Below the pieces are notes generated by a model. The model had not been told where the DNA came from. It saw only the letters and a list, made by a program, of their open reading frames with translations, and ran no database searches. Positions 11,740 to 25,174 of a DNA stretch of 64,000 bases are shown here, in pieces. A program made the translations under genes and the position numbers. The stretch's first letter is position 1. The number at the start of each line of letters is the position of its first letter. The DNA comes from Octopus sinensis. Lineage: Eukaryota. The stretch is from positions 1 through 64,000 of the forward strand of contig NW_021833236.1 of assembly GCF_006345805.1 (NCBI RefSeq), given 5' to 3'.

Positions 11740-12639
11740 ATATAGCTATATAGATACGGTAAATAAGAAAATGGAGTGGTACCAAACGGCAAACATCATC
11801 CGGTAGACATTCCAGTGTGTCTCTTTATTCGAAAGCATTAGAAAGTTATAGAAGAAAACAACCACATGTAGTAACCATGTGTTACACCACATGTATCTAT
11901 TACAGGAAAGAGCAAACGGTCAGCTCCCTTACGACGCCTTTTTCTGCTAGAGGCAACGAAATCCTCCATGCCATCTCCATCTCTTCAGTGTTCTGTAGGG
12001 ATGGGCAGATAAGGTTTGGATGATGATGGAGGGCTAATACATATAATAAACAGTTAACAATAGGTGGACAACATCTAACTCACACAGAAATATATACATA
12101 TAATATATATATATATATATATGCATGTATGTATATATTAGAAAGTTTGGAGATGATGTACAGGTATTTTATATTAGAAGAAATAAGGTACTCAGAAATT
12201 CGGATGGTTTTATATTTACAGATATTTATTTGTATATTACATATTTTTATACATCATATAACTTATATCATATATCATATATTTGCGCTTTCGTCCATTC
12301 TGGTGGATTTTTCAAATGGAACTGATAATATATATATATATATATAGATAATATATATATATATTATATATCTATACATACATGCATTGTACACATCCAT
12401 CTTTCCATCTCTTTCACTCTGTGTGTTTGTTTGTATTCTCTCTCTCTTTCACGCACACACACATATATATATATATATAAAGAGGGGGAGAAGGAAAGAA
12501 GTGATAGATGGAAAGATTGAGGTGTTCTTGCGTTTGTGTTAATCCCACTTTTATCCCATCCCCAACAACTCACTCCGAAACAGGGATCTCCTAATCACAA
12601 GTCCCTCTTTTTTCAATGTTCCAATGTGCCATACAGGTG

Positions 12640-13700
12640 TGAATTGAAACCTGTCCAGCCAGCGATATGACCTCTCATATCACACGTTAATTGCAAATGT
12701 TTTCAAGGCCCTTTCAACAAAGTCAGACAGATCCCCGCCAACATCTGACAATGGCTATTTATTTCCCATTTCAGACAGTATAACCTATATAATTATTCAT
12801 ACAGGTTGAAGACAATGAAGAACTTAAATAAGGATCATTTGCTGTTCTTGTTGTTTAGTTCCATATCAATGTCCGTCGTGCTGGTTTATAATCTTGGTTT
12901 TCCAGCCGTAACCATCGCATCTTTATGTGTATCTGGTCCTGTTTTGCTGAGGCAACAGTCCTAGGTCAAGCGAAGACCAAAACTTAAATCTGACATCTAG
13001 TTTGCTGTCAGGCGTTCACAGTCCTCTCCATTTCGTGCCGTGAGCTCTTTGGCACTTCCACGTTAGAATTTTCAGAGAACTAACGAAACGCTAGGCAGCA
13101 TTGAGAACCATGCAACTACAGCATAGAAACAGCAGCATCCAGTCCTCTGTACTAGATAAGTACCTGTTCATTGCTATTGTGGATGTCTTATAGCACAATT
13201 TCCCTCTGCATCATTCCTCTTCCTCCATTATATCTAGCTAGATACAGACGATCAACGTCTGCTTTTGGGTGGATGTCTGCTTTTCGTAGATGTTAGTAGT
13301 TTTCTTGTCTTCCTGCCTAGGCTTTGGAGTTCTGTAAGATTCCAGTCAATGATGTTAAAACAGTAATTGGACTACTGGAAGTGCCAGGGTGTTAATGGCT
13401 TCGATGCGATTTTTGGAGCTTTTAGTATTAGTCGTATTCTTCTGTAATACTCCTTTCGTATCTTTTCCTTCATAAGTAGCATGTTGTATACAACCTTCTT
13501 CGTTTATCCCCAGGTATTTATAGCTTCTTAGTGGGGTCAGGCTCCTTGGTGGTAGTGTCGGTACCTAATTTAATGGAAGCTGTTTGTTTGAGCTTCCTTC
13601 TTTAAAAAGTTGCTTTAGCACACTTATCACAACTAAAGTCTATCCCGATGTCTTTACTGAACTCTTTAACACTTGTTAGCAGCCTAACTAGTTCTTCGTC
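12640..13700 (-). mobile_element. R4/Dong-like LINE fragment, heavily decayed
   Basis: 13110-13700 translates to VKEFSKDIG.DF..DKCAK, YKYLGI, EYYRRIRLIL, AINTLALPV, HPKADVDRLY...GGRG (RT C-terminus). Below 13100 only weak remnants. Abuts the (ATT)n tract at ~13715-13803. Confidence 0.75.
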
Positions 13701-13724
13701 ATTTCTGTTGTTGTTGTTGTGTTG

Positions 13725-13804
<80 letters not shown>

Positions 13805-13806
<2 letters not shown>

Positions 13807-14030
13807 GGCGGCGAGCTGGCAGAGTCGTTAGCACGCGGGACGAGATGCTTAACGGTATTTCGCCTGTCGCTACGTTCTGAGTTTAAATTCCTCCGGGGTC
13901 GACTTTGCCTTCTATCCATTGAGGTCGATTAAATAAGTACCAGTTACGCACTGGGGTCGATGTAATCGACTTAATCGCTTCCCCCAAATTTGAGACTTTG
14001 TGCTTCCAGTAGAAAACAGTATTGTTGTTG
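13805..14030 (+). mobile_element. SINE type B monomer
   Basis: GGCGGCGAGCTGGCAGAGTCGTTAGC head, same body as 10542, flanked by (ATT)n-type tracts on both sides. Confidence 0.9.
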
Positions 14031-14031
14031 T

Positions 14032-14063
<32 letters not shown>

Positions 14064-14107
14064 ATTATTATCATCATCATCATATCGTCGTCGTCGTCGT
14101 CGTTGTT

Positions 14108-14345
14108 AAGGCAGCCACCAGGTAAGCAATTTGCTTGCCCTCCGGACGAAATGGTTGGAGTCATTTTGTCCGTCTTTACGTTCTGAATTCAAATTTCCGC
14201 CAAAGTTGACTTTGGCTTTCATCCTTTCAGAGTCGATAAAATGAGTTACAGATGAACATTGGTTTCGATGTAAGCGACATATTTCCTCCCACCAAAATTT
14301 CATGCCTTTTGCCTACAGTAAAAAGAATTATTATTATTATTTTAA
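14108..14345 (+). mobile_element. SINE type B monomer, older
   Basis: TTACGTTCTGAATTCAAATTTCCGCC...GACTTTGGCTTTCATCCTTTCAGAGTCGATAAAATGAG, ends in (ATT)n. Confidence 0.8.
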
Positions 14346-15799
14346 CAAGCGCCAATTTAATTGTGACACCGAAAAATAAACTCGTGCAAATGACGCATTT
14401 CCAAGCAGTAAACTGCCTTATCTAGATGTCATAAACTCGTTAGTTCAGCCCCGGGCTGTGTGTCTTAGAGAGAGGTTGGCGAATAAACTAAAAGTGTCTG
14501 CCTAAAAGTTGTCAACGAGTCGTCCTTCGCTTTCTGTCAACCAGCGGAAATTAAGTCACTTTTAGTGAGATTGAAGATATATCGCTCTACTTCTCATCAC
14601 CCCACCAACACACCCATTCATTTGCAAAGGTTTACAGTCGAACTGGCCCGGTGGTAAGAATGCCTGAATTTGTATTGCTGAGAGCCAGTTCACGAATGTA
14701 TAGGTGTGGGTTTCATATTTTGGCCACGGTTTTTTTTTTTACATATTTAGTGGGTCTAGTGTAAGTTAAAGAACATGAGATTGGTGGATGTGTGAGAGAA
14801 CCGTTTTTGAAAATGATATCGGAATGGAATATTTATAAGGATGACTGTTAAAACATAGTTCTGTGGTTTAAAAAAAAATAATAAACACTCTTCACAACCC
14901 CGTGATTAAGGATTCAGTTGTTACTTTCTACAATACCTGTAGTGTAACTTTGTCCTTCTGCGTAAAAGTGCATGCGGTTATTGCGCAGATGCCCTCAAAA
15001 GATCAGCTTTTGTCTTTTGGTGACAGACCTATTCCTCCGGCGGATTTAACACCTTCTCCACATCGCTCTTGGGATGTTTTCTAGCAATCTTAGCTCTGCA
15101 CTCCTAGGGCAATACCGAATATACTTCGCACAAGTTCCACAGCCTGTGGAAACTTCCATAATCGCTGGTTTTTCTTCTCTGACCAATTAATGAATATCAT
15201 AAACACTAGCGGTCTATCGAGGGTGCAAGATAACAGACTTTATTAAACATGGAGTTAAATAGTTTATGAAATCTCAATATCTATACACGATTAATGTATG
15301 ACGATTATTAATAGAAGAAAGCACTATGAATTTAGAGTATATATATTGGTGGTTTGATATATATTTATATAGTTTACTGTATCACTAATTCACTGACATA
15401 CATACATACATACATACATACATACATACATACATACATACATAACATACATACATACATACATACACATACACATACATACATACATACATAGATACAT
15501 GCATGCATACATGCATACAGGGCAGCTGTCCTGCAGATATAAATATCTCTTTGAAAATCAAAGAAAAAGAGGATATCTATGGACAACTACTCTGAAACCT
15601 TCAGCTCTATATCCAGACTATAAATTCATATTCATGCCACTAATAATTGGAGCACTAGGTTTTGTTTGTAAATGTTGGATAAACTGGGATTTTCAGAAAG
15701 AGAAATCGACCGGCTAATTCGTACGTTACAAGTGCAATCTGTGAGTGGAACAGTAAAAACATGCAAGACTTTTCTCGAGTTCCATACATATGTGTGTGT

Positions 15800-16030
15800 A
15801 TATATATATTACTCAAAGATATTCCTGCTTTGTCTGATTTTCACGTTTTATTTACAATCTTATAATGATATAATATAAGATAATATAATGAAACGGCAGA
15901 ATATTAAATGTCCATTCTGATTGACCTAGTACTTTCATGCATTAAACTATGCAATCTTCAGGTTCATGTAATAATTGTGGTGGCAGTTAGGTTTTACAAT
16001 TTACAATTATTCTTCTATACACAATCATAC
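15800..16030 (+). mobile_element. MITE-like repeat (same family as 23470-23875)
   Basis: Near-identical to 23497-23690. Its right end TTCTTCTATACACAATCATAC is the reverse complement of the left end of the 23470 copy, implying TIRs. Confidence 0.7.
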
Positions 16031-16790
16031 ATTAATGTACATTATATATACATTACATATATATTTACAAATATATACATAGGTAAATACAAATATACTG
16101 CATACACACACCAAGGCATAAATATGCCGTGAAAACATCCGCACTTGATAGTCACACTAAGAGCCGCAACTGACAAAAATTGCTGCATTCCAAAATATAT
16201 CTTTCTTCCAGATCTTTCGCTCGTTTTCGTCCTTGCTCAACAATAGCTCTGCAATGGAACTTATTAGCTGCTCAGCGTATTCCTTTTTGTAAGTCGTGAT
16301 ATCATAATTTCGATCGAAACATCCCCGTTACCTTTTCTTATGATCCCCCTACGATTTCGCTAAGTATAGCTGCTTACGTGCCGGGATTAACAAACCTTTT
16401 GTTAACACGCTAATTGAATTTTCACACATAAATATTCAAGCAAAAACTGAAAATGAAATTAATTGAACAATTATGTGGAATAATATATTCCCAGTTGAAT
16501 GGACACTAACAATAGCAATTAATACAACTTTACTTTTCTGTGTGTGTCGGGGGAGAGTGAGAGAAGGGCTATATGTTGTGTGTGTGTGCATATATATATA
16601 TACATAAAACTGTTTGTATATATATATCTATATATATATATATATATAATATATATATTAGTAGTTATAGAATATATGTATATATATGATATATATGTGT
16701 ATATAAATATATATATATTTATTATTTTATATATATATTATTTTATATATATTATTATTTTATTAATTAATTATATTCCCCCTTTTTTGC

Positions 16791-16827
<37 letters not shown>

Positions 16828-16853
16828 CGTGTGTGTGTATGTATGTATGTATG

Positions 16854-16884
<31 letters not shown>

Positions 16885-17005
16885 GTATGTATTCAAATAC
16901 GTATTTATTGATAACTTTCAAAATATATATAGTTACAGACACTTTCACAAACACACACATCTGCATTCATATGTACACCCATCTCTCCGTCTCATTACAT
17001 GTACA

Positions 17006-18238
17006 CAGGGTGCGGCGAATAAATTATCGTCTAAATTATGCAAAAATGATAATAACACTACATTTTACCAAAATTGCATACAAATATCTTGAAATACTAA
17101 TGAGTAAATTTATTCAGTAAAATCGCCATTGGCTGCAACCACGGCCATCAGACGACTTCGGAATCTCCTGCAGCTCTTCTGGACGGTTTCCTTGTTTTAA
17201 GTTGGTGAATGCTGCCTTCAGTTCATCTTTGGTGTTACAAGGAGTCTTGTTGCTCTCTTGTTCAACAGCACCCCACTAATAATAATCTAGGGAATTAGGT
17301 GGCCAGATGTAGGGGTGATGTGGTCGTAGAAATTGTCTGACAACCATGGCTGGGTTCTCCTGCTTGTGAGCCATCGTGCAGAGCCCTGTTGTCAGACATA
17401 GGGTCTTCCAGCAGTCACCCTCTTGACCCAGGGCAGCACTACCTCCACCAGACACTTGATGTAGGTCTCTGTGTTGAGTCTGAGGCCATGTGAGAAGATG
17501 AATGGAGGCACAACATCGCCCTCACTAATGATCATTCCAAACACCATATTCTTGACTGGATGTTTGGTTTTTATCACTCTCGGTACACGTTTTGGGGACA
17601 CATTACGCCAACGGTTGTTCCGTGTGTTCACCATCTGATCCAGACAGAAACTTTTCTCGTCTGAGAAAAAGAAACGCATGTTCGGTTGCAGGGGATGCTT
17701 GAGTTTGCTCAAAAGTGTCGTAGCACGGTCTTTCCTCTCATCCTTGATGGCTTGGGATAAAAATCGGTCCTTTCTCATCTTGTATGAGGAATACCGAATG
17801 TCTTCATGCACTAGCTGTCTGTTAAGAAATTCAGACACTCTCATATCCCTGGTGACGGACCCGATTGGCTTGGAGGGACCATTGTCAATCATGGCCTGGA
17901 TCTCACTAGCAAATCCAGGAGTTGTTTTCTTATCAGAGTAAGTTTTCAGCGCTGTCGTATCTTCGTAATCATCCTTAGACTCATCCAACACTTTCTGAAT
18001 TATCTGCACTGTCCTCAGATTGACACCCAAACATTCTGAAATGTTCGTATTGGAGCTTCCGACGCAGCAAGTCGTTTCTAAATTTCTAGCAGATTGAATT
18101 GCGTCATGGTGCTGTTTTTCTCACAGATAGTGCCCAACTGACCCTACTATATTCTGTAGTCGGCAAAATAAAAAAAAAACAATGCGTATTCGGGAAATTA
18201 AGGATATAAATTGGCGACAATTTACGCATCGCACGCTG
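17006..18238 (-). mobile_element. IS630-Tc1-mariner element, maT (DD37D)-like, transposase pseudogene at 17110-18107
   Basis: Degenerate TIRs CAGGGTGCGGCGAATAAATTATCG / rc CAGCGTGCGATGCGTAAATTGTCG, TA at the right end. Protein has FFSDEK, N..N.RW, KHP..MVFG.I.SEG, YV*QQGSA (second D changed to G) and WPPNS; stops and frameshifts present. Confidence 0.88.
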
Positions 18239-18708
18239 TACATACATGCATGCATGCATACATACATACACGCATACATATACACGTATATTCATTTGTA
18301 CACATCCATCTTCTACTCTCCGTCTCTCTCACACACACACACTCTGTGTATTTTTGCATACTCTCCTCCCCCCTCTCTCTCTCACACACTAACACACACA
18401 TATGTATAAAGAGGGAGAAGGGAAAAGTGATAAATGGAAAGATTAGCGTGTTCTTGTGTTTTGGAGAACATGCGTGTGTATGTCTGTGTGTGTACGTGTG
18501 TGTGTGTGTGTATCTGTGTCTGTTTTTGTGTGTGTGTATTCATTGTGTATTCGTTTGCCTTGATTTATGTTTGAGTGGGTTTGTCCACCTATGCGTGGTT
18601 CTGTTTGTATGTGCTCGTGCACATCACTGTATTTCCTTGTACTTCTATGTGCGCGTATGTGTACATATATATGTATGTATATATATATATATATAGATAT
18701 ATTATATA

Positions 18709-18743
<35 letters not shown>

Positions 18744-18801
18744 TATATATATATATATATATACATATATTTATATACATATATATATATATACATATAT
18801 T

Positions 18802-18866
<65 letters not shown>

Positions 18867-19239
18867 GTATGTATTATATATATATATATATGTCTGTAGT
18901 TTAGTAATTAGATGCAGCTGAAGGAATGTGGCGAAGCTGGAGCATCGCCAACTGTTGTTACTGCAACTTCATTAATCCCTCTTTAATAGTTGGAATTTGA
19001 TGAACGAGGGAGACTGATGGTGCTGCCCTCATTCTGTCTTCCAGCCATGAAATTGGCATATATGTATATGTGTACATGTGTTTGTGTATGTGTGCGTGTG
19101 TGTGCGTGTGTGAGCGTGTGTGCGTGTGTCTATGTATGTGTTTATGCAATTATATGTGTTTGTAAATATATGTATTTATATACATACATGAATACATACA
19201 TATGCATGTATTTATGTATGTGCTTATGTATGTATTATA

Positions 19240-19318
<79 letters not shown>

Positions 19319-19649
19319 CGAGCTCACACACGCAAACATATCCAAATGATATTTGTTTTGCGTATTATGAATCGGTAGAATATAAAATGAGAAAGTAACT
19401 GTACAAAAAACAAAATATATTTTGCTAACTTCTAATTCCCTTCAATCTTCAATTAGCGGTAATTAATTGCTCAGAAGATTAACAACGGAAACCAACAACA
19501 ACAACAACAACAACGTTAAAACCAATAGAGAATATTTTCCTACTTTGGACCTCCGCTCACTCTATTTTTGTCAGAGGAAAATTGTCGGTTAGATGGACCC
19601 CAGTATTTAACTAGTATTATAATCTATCGATTCCAGAATGTTGTTGAAG

Positions 19650-19790
19650 CCGCTTGGCCTAGTGGTTAGGACGATGCACTCATAAGCGAGGTTTCGATTC
19701 CTGGAGCGTAGAATGCGTTGAGTCCTTGAGCAAAACACTTCATTTCACGTTTCTTCACTCCACTCAGTTGCCATCGAAAAATCTTTATAT
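19650..19790 (+). mobile_element. SINE head plus CORE/V-like box fragment
   Basis: TTGGCCTAGTGGTTAGG...GGTTTCGATTCC...GTCCTTGAGCAAAACACTT. Confidence 0.65.
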
Positions 19791-20514
19791 GTGTTGGTTG
19801 GTTGGTTGGTTGATAGATGTCTTCAATCACGCTTTAAATCGGAGAGGGAGCGAGAGAGAGAGAGAGAGAAAGAGAGAGACAGTAGAGGAGAAATAGAGAG
19901 GGAGTTAACATAAAGAGGTACAGGATGGTTGCAGATACTAGGCTTCGTAGCAGGCAACAAATGAAAGAATGCTACACTCACAATAAGAGAGAGAAAAATC
20001 AAAGAGACAAGGAAGACGAAGGGAGAAGAGAGAGAGACAGAGAGAGAGGGAGTAAATGTTTAAGTTACGGAAGCAGCAATGTAAATGAGAAATAACGACA
20101 AGCTGTTCTCTACAGACAAAATACAACAGCGATTAGCGCATTCGCGTTCGAATCTGCCGGAACGTATTTAGAAAGAATATTTGCGATTATTTTATTTATA
20201 TTTATTTGAAGGTTGTATATATTTTTCTTTGAAAATTAGTATTCATTTCAACATTTTCCATACGCACCAAGAAATCTCATTAATGTTAAATAATGATTAT
20301 TGCATGTATGGCACACATGCAATATTTCTAATGTTCTCCACGGTAACAAAAGTAGGAAGGTTTTATTAAGTCTTTTGCTATTACGCATTATTTTCTCTAA
20401 TATTAATTCCCTAACTCGGCAATTAAAAACGTCTTTGTTAAAATTACACACAGGTTCGCTTGGTCATTCACCATTCTTGTAACCCTAGAGGTTACAGTCT
20501 TGTGCCGTAGAACT

Positions 20515-20740
20515 CATAATCTTTTCTACTGGAAGCACAAGGCCTCAAATTAGGGGCAACGGATTAAGTCGATTGCATTGATCCCAGTGTGTAACTAGTA
20601 CTTATTTCTTCGACCCTGAAAGGATGAAAGGCAAAATAGACCTTGGCGGAATTTGAATTCAGAACGTAGCAGCAGACGAAATATCTATTTTCATTTCTTT
20701 ACTACCAACAAGGGGCTAAACACAGAGAAGACAAGCAAGA
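20515..20740 (-). mobile_element. SINE type B, terminal unit plus part of the preceding tandem unit
   Basis: Reverse complement of the type B body, followed by the CAAGGGGCTAAACACAGAG linker seen in multimers. Confidence 0.82.
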
Positions 20741-20852
20741 AATAATGCAAATGAATTTCAATATGGATTGAGTGGCTTATGCCATTATCCTGTTTATTAT
20801 CATCAGCTGGACCCTCAGTAGTGGTTTTAGTGAATCCTGTCTGTTGGAATTG

Positions 20853-21137
20853 AGGGTACATGGCCAAGTGCTCAGAGTGTTACACTCACGAAGTGAAGGG
20901 CGTTGCTTCGATTCCCGGAACGAGCGTGCGTTGTGTTCCTGGTCAATGCCCTTCCGCTCACGCTGCTTCTCTCCACTCGGCCGTAAATCAATGATCCTGC
21001 AGGAGACCGTTGTCCCCTACAGGGGTATTGTTGAAACCCGCATCACTTATAGGATAAGAAACCGGGTAACCGGCCCTATGAATCCGAAAACAAAGATCGT
21101 TATGTCCAGGGGTTGACGATGATGATGATGATGATGA
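20853..21137 (+). mobile_element. Old tRNA-headed SINE type E with (GAT)n tail
   Basis: ATGGCCAAGTGCTCAG, GCTTCGATTCCC, CTCTCCACTCGGCCGTAAAT, 3' AGAAACCGGGTAACCGGCCCTATGAATCC, then (GAT)n. Confidence 0.6.
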
Positions 21138-21391
21138 TTAGGGTATTGGTGGCGGCAACGGCGGCAGTGGTGGTGCTGGTGCTAGTGGCTGTAGTGGTCA
21201 TCGTCACGGATATGGTAGTGAAAGTGATAATAATGTCTGTTAGAAGCATACGACCGATGTCTTCAGTCTGGGGAAGGATTCGCGCGCCATATCTGGCCTC
21301 CTTTTCTTCACAACCTCATTCCTTCGTTATCTCACCCCAACACCCACACCTCTATTCTTGGAGCCTCTGGAAATTGTTATGGGCAGAGCCC

Positions 21392-21442
<51 letters not shown>

Positions 21443-21968
21443 GAACCACAAAATAAATAGATAAATAAATAAATGAATAAAAATGCCAACAATAACAGCA
21501 ACAAACGTCTAATATATAAACGCCGGTGCAATGTGGGTAACAAGGTCAGAACAACAGTAAAGTGAGTGAACCAATGATAAGACGAGGTGGTGGTGGCGAG
21601 GGGGGAAGGCGTTCTATGATTGTACTGTTAGAATGGTGTACGGTTCTCACACTCACTGCCAAAATATATGAATGATATTTGGACCCATTTATAAACCGGT
21701 TTCGTGTGTCAAGATTGTCACTGATCTTATCAAAGTCTTTTAGCGAGGCTCCCGCGTGGATTGGCTCTCAAGTGCTGGCTGCACATGTACGAACAAACAA
21801 CAAACTGTAATTTATTAAATTGCTCTTGCTATTGCCGCAAATTTTATATCTATCTATCTGTGCACCAACCCCCCACACACACGCACACACATTTATAAAT
21901 ATATGAGTGTGTAAATATATTTGGTTACATGTATGCATATACTAATGTATCTATGTATATGTACAGTT

Positions 21969-22000
<32 letters not shown>

Positions 22001-22002
22001 AC

Positions 22003-22036
<34 letters not shown>

Positions 22037-22098
22037 CACGCATACACATATATACATATACATGCATATATATATATATATGTATATATGTGTATATG

Positions 22099-22158
<60 letters not shown>

Positions 22159-22366
22159 GGTACTTCTCTGTGTACACAGCCTTCCATAAGTATATAATAA
22201 ACATATATACATATATACATACATATATATATATGCATAGATATATACACAACTGTATTTATATTCATGTAAATAAGTTTATGTATGTAAGTATATATAT
22301 ATATATGTATACATATGTGTGTGTGTGCCTGTGTGCGTGTGTGCTTATGTGTGTGTGTGTGTATAA

Positions 22367-22398
<32 letters not shown>

Positions 22399-23164
22399 TG
22401 GTTGCCTCACATATCATGTACTGCTTCCTGTGGGCTTAACTCATCTAGTGACTAAACGTTATTACAAGTAGTCACATTATGCTCTAGAAATAGCAGCCAA
22501 ATCTCCCAACAGTCACAACCGAAAACATTAATAATTTTTTTTTTTAAATCACATCTCGTAGTGAAGTCTCGGATACGCAATTTCCGAATAATAACCGGGA
22601 TGATCACGGTTGGGCTGTCATTGTTCAGGGAAATCAGAACGGACATCGGCTTAGATAACGAAATCAATCCCATTTTTGTTCTGGATATTAGGAAAATATT
22701 AAGTATTAAACATTTGAAACGGAAGATTTGAGTGTGACTTGGCTGCTATATTAGGCTCTGCTTCTACCACATGGTTGCTCTCTCCCGTTCTCTCGATATT
22801 TCCATTGGTCCTTTTCGTTTAATGTTCGGTATTCCAGCTACGACTAACTTATTGAATTGTTTTAACTCATAGAAAGTCTTAATCTAGCAGACATAGGATA
22901 AAAAAACAATCCATCCGTAATCCTCACGCCTTAGAATGGTTATTTTGCTCGAAGAGGTGCTGATCGCGAAAGCATTGCATCAAAGACATCATATTTTGCA
23001 TCATCCGCCATCTTTGTGGTATGCTTTTATGGATAAAACAAGTCATCGCATCACTTCTCACTTTCCTGGTTCGCATTTTGGAAAGACATGGATTCGCTCA
23101 CTTCAAGAATCGGCAAGAACATTTCATATTCAATTTCAGAACCGTAAAACAAAGGGATTTAGAT

Positions 23165-23305
23165 TGTTTACATTATTTACATTTGACGGATATTTGTCCT
23201 CGTCTTGTTTGTTGTTAACACAACATTTCGGCTGATATACCCTCCAGCCTTCATCAGGTGTCTTGGGGAAATTTCCAACCTGGGTTCTCATTCCGTAGGT
23301 ATTTT
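23165..23305 (-). ncRNA. Penelope-type terminal repeat fragment with a minimal hammerhead motif (23216-23264), one core mutation
   Basis: Minus strand GACAC-CUGAUGA-A-GGCUG(10 nt)CAGCC-GAAAU-GUU-GUGUU. Stems I and II pair; the expected GAAAC reads GAAAU. Confidence 0.6.
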
Positions 23306-23322
23306 TCAATGTTATTATTGTA

Positions 23323-23380
<58 letters not shown>

Positions 23381-23425
23381 TATTATTATTATCATCATCA
23401 TTATTATCATTATATAATAATGATA

Positions 23426-23458
<33 letters not shown>

Positions 23459-23469
23459 ATATACACGGG

Positions 23470-23875
23470 TCTGTATGATTGTGTATAGAAGAATTTATTA
23501 CTCAAAGAAATTCCAACTTTGATTTTCACATTATATTTACAATCTTATAATAAAATATTATGAGATAATATAATATAATGAAATGGTAGAATATTAAATG
23601 TCCATTCTAATTGAACTAGTACTTTCATGCATTAAACTATGCAATCTTCAGGTTCATGTAATAGTAGTGGTGACAGTTAGGTTTTACCATTTACAAAAGG
23701 TGTCACCACTGCTACATGAACTTGAAAAGTACTAGGTCAATCAGAATGCATGAAAGTACTAGGTCAATCAGAATGAAAATTTAATATTCTACCATTTCAT
23801 TATATTATCTTATATTATATCATTATAAGATTGCAAATAAAACGTGAAAATCAAACTTGGAAATTGAGTAATATG
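23470..23875. repeat. Two MITE copies in inverted orientation forming a ~400-bp foldback
   Basis: 23497-23680 and the reverse complement of 23700-23873 align to each other and to 15808-16000. Confidence 0.8.
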
Positions 23876-23909
<34 letters not shown>

Positions 23910-24169
23910 ATATATATATAATATATATATATATATATACATACACACACATATATATATATATACGTAAATATGTACATGCTTGTGTGTATGTATGTAC
24001 GTTTGTGTGTATGTGTGTGTGTGTATATAGAATGATAAGAACAGGTACTGTTAAAATAGTTTATTATTTTAACAGTGCAGGCAACATTTGTGAATCTCAT
24101 TTAGATGTTTCATCAGGTTGTCTCTCCTCCTCTGCCTCTCAGCATCAATTCAGCCTTTTCCCATGATTC

Positions 24170-24200
<31 letters not shown>

Positions 24201-24429
24201 GACTCTCTCTCCCTCTCTTTCCTTCAAACACAAATACATTTCGTCACAACTGCTGAAACGAAACGTTCTTTTGCAAATGTACTTTACATCTTCTCTCTGA
24301 TGAAATGTTAATAAGAAGTGAAGCCAGTGATCAGCTTTTAGAAGAAAACACAGATTCACAGGTTCAATTCTCGCTACCAACTTTATTTTCAATTGTTCAT
24401 AAATATACGTCTTCTATTTTCTATCTTCT

Positions 24430-24605
24430 TCGTCTCTGAGTCAATAGACTTCAGTAATGTTGGGACAGCGTCTTAAAGAGATTCGTCTAAATCGACCCCT
24501 GTACTGGTTTTGCTGTGTCTTATACTTATGTCAACGATCTCTTTCGTCGCACCGCTAGCTTGCGGGGACTTAAACAAACCACCACTGGTTGTCAAACACA
24601 GAGAC
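24430..24605 (-). mobile_element. SINE type A 3' half, degenerate
   Basis: AAATCGACCCC, ACCGCTAGCTTGCGGGGACTTAAACAAACC...GGTTGTCAA resemble the type A 3' half. Confidence 0.6.
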
Positions 24606-24749
24606 TCTCGGTATAGATGCAGCAAAGAAATGGTTTTTCTTCCATTTTACTTGATAAAAATAGATTAATTCTCAAACTAATAAATCACTGATTCATTTCT
24701 CAAATACGACATCCATTTGCAAAACAACATATAAATTAGTAATTAGCTC

Positions 24750-25030
24750 AAGTATGGGCCCCTATCCAGGGTCACGGAAAGGAGAGAACCTTCAAAGAAA
24801 TCCGGAGTGGAGCCCCGAAGGTGGTTTAGTGTTCGACACGACACTCTTCCGGCAGTCCCTGCAACCAAGCTGGTGCCAAACGTAATGCACTGCACTCCAC
24901 TGGACTACATCAGCAAGGTCGAGTGAGGAATCCTGACGATTGGGCTACCCAGGATTTTCCAACATCTAGCCCAGGCCTGCGCAAAACTGGAGAGGACACT
25001 TCAGTGCTGCTGTGAATAGTGGCAGAAAAA
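24750..25030 (+). mobile_element. RTE/BovB-like LINE 5' UTR fragment
   Basis: CAGTCCCTGCAACCAAGCTGGTGCCAAACGTAATGC...GGTCGAGTGAGGAATCCTGACG...CCCAGGCCTGCGC...GAGGACACTTCAGTGCTGCT resembles, from memory, RTE 5' UTRs. No ORF follows. Confidence 0.5.
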
Positions 25031-25174
25031 AACACAGGAGGTAGCAGTCACAATGAAAGAATCGCTAAATACAGCGGTCCACAAATTGACAAATACAAGC
25101 TACGCCCCACCAAGAAATATTAATCAAGTATTTTGTGCCCCGCCACCTCTTCATCACATACATACACGCATATA

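Noticed and set aside
16212-16288. Plus-strand exon candidate with good AG and GTAAGT sites (also 27979-28106)
   Set aside because: No recognisable peptide or compatible partner exon; it shows that isolated splice-like matches arise by chance here.
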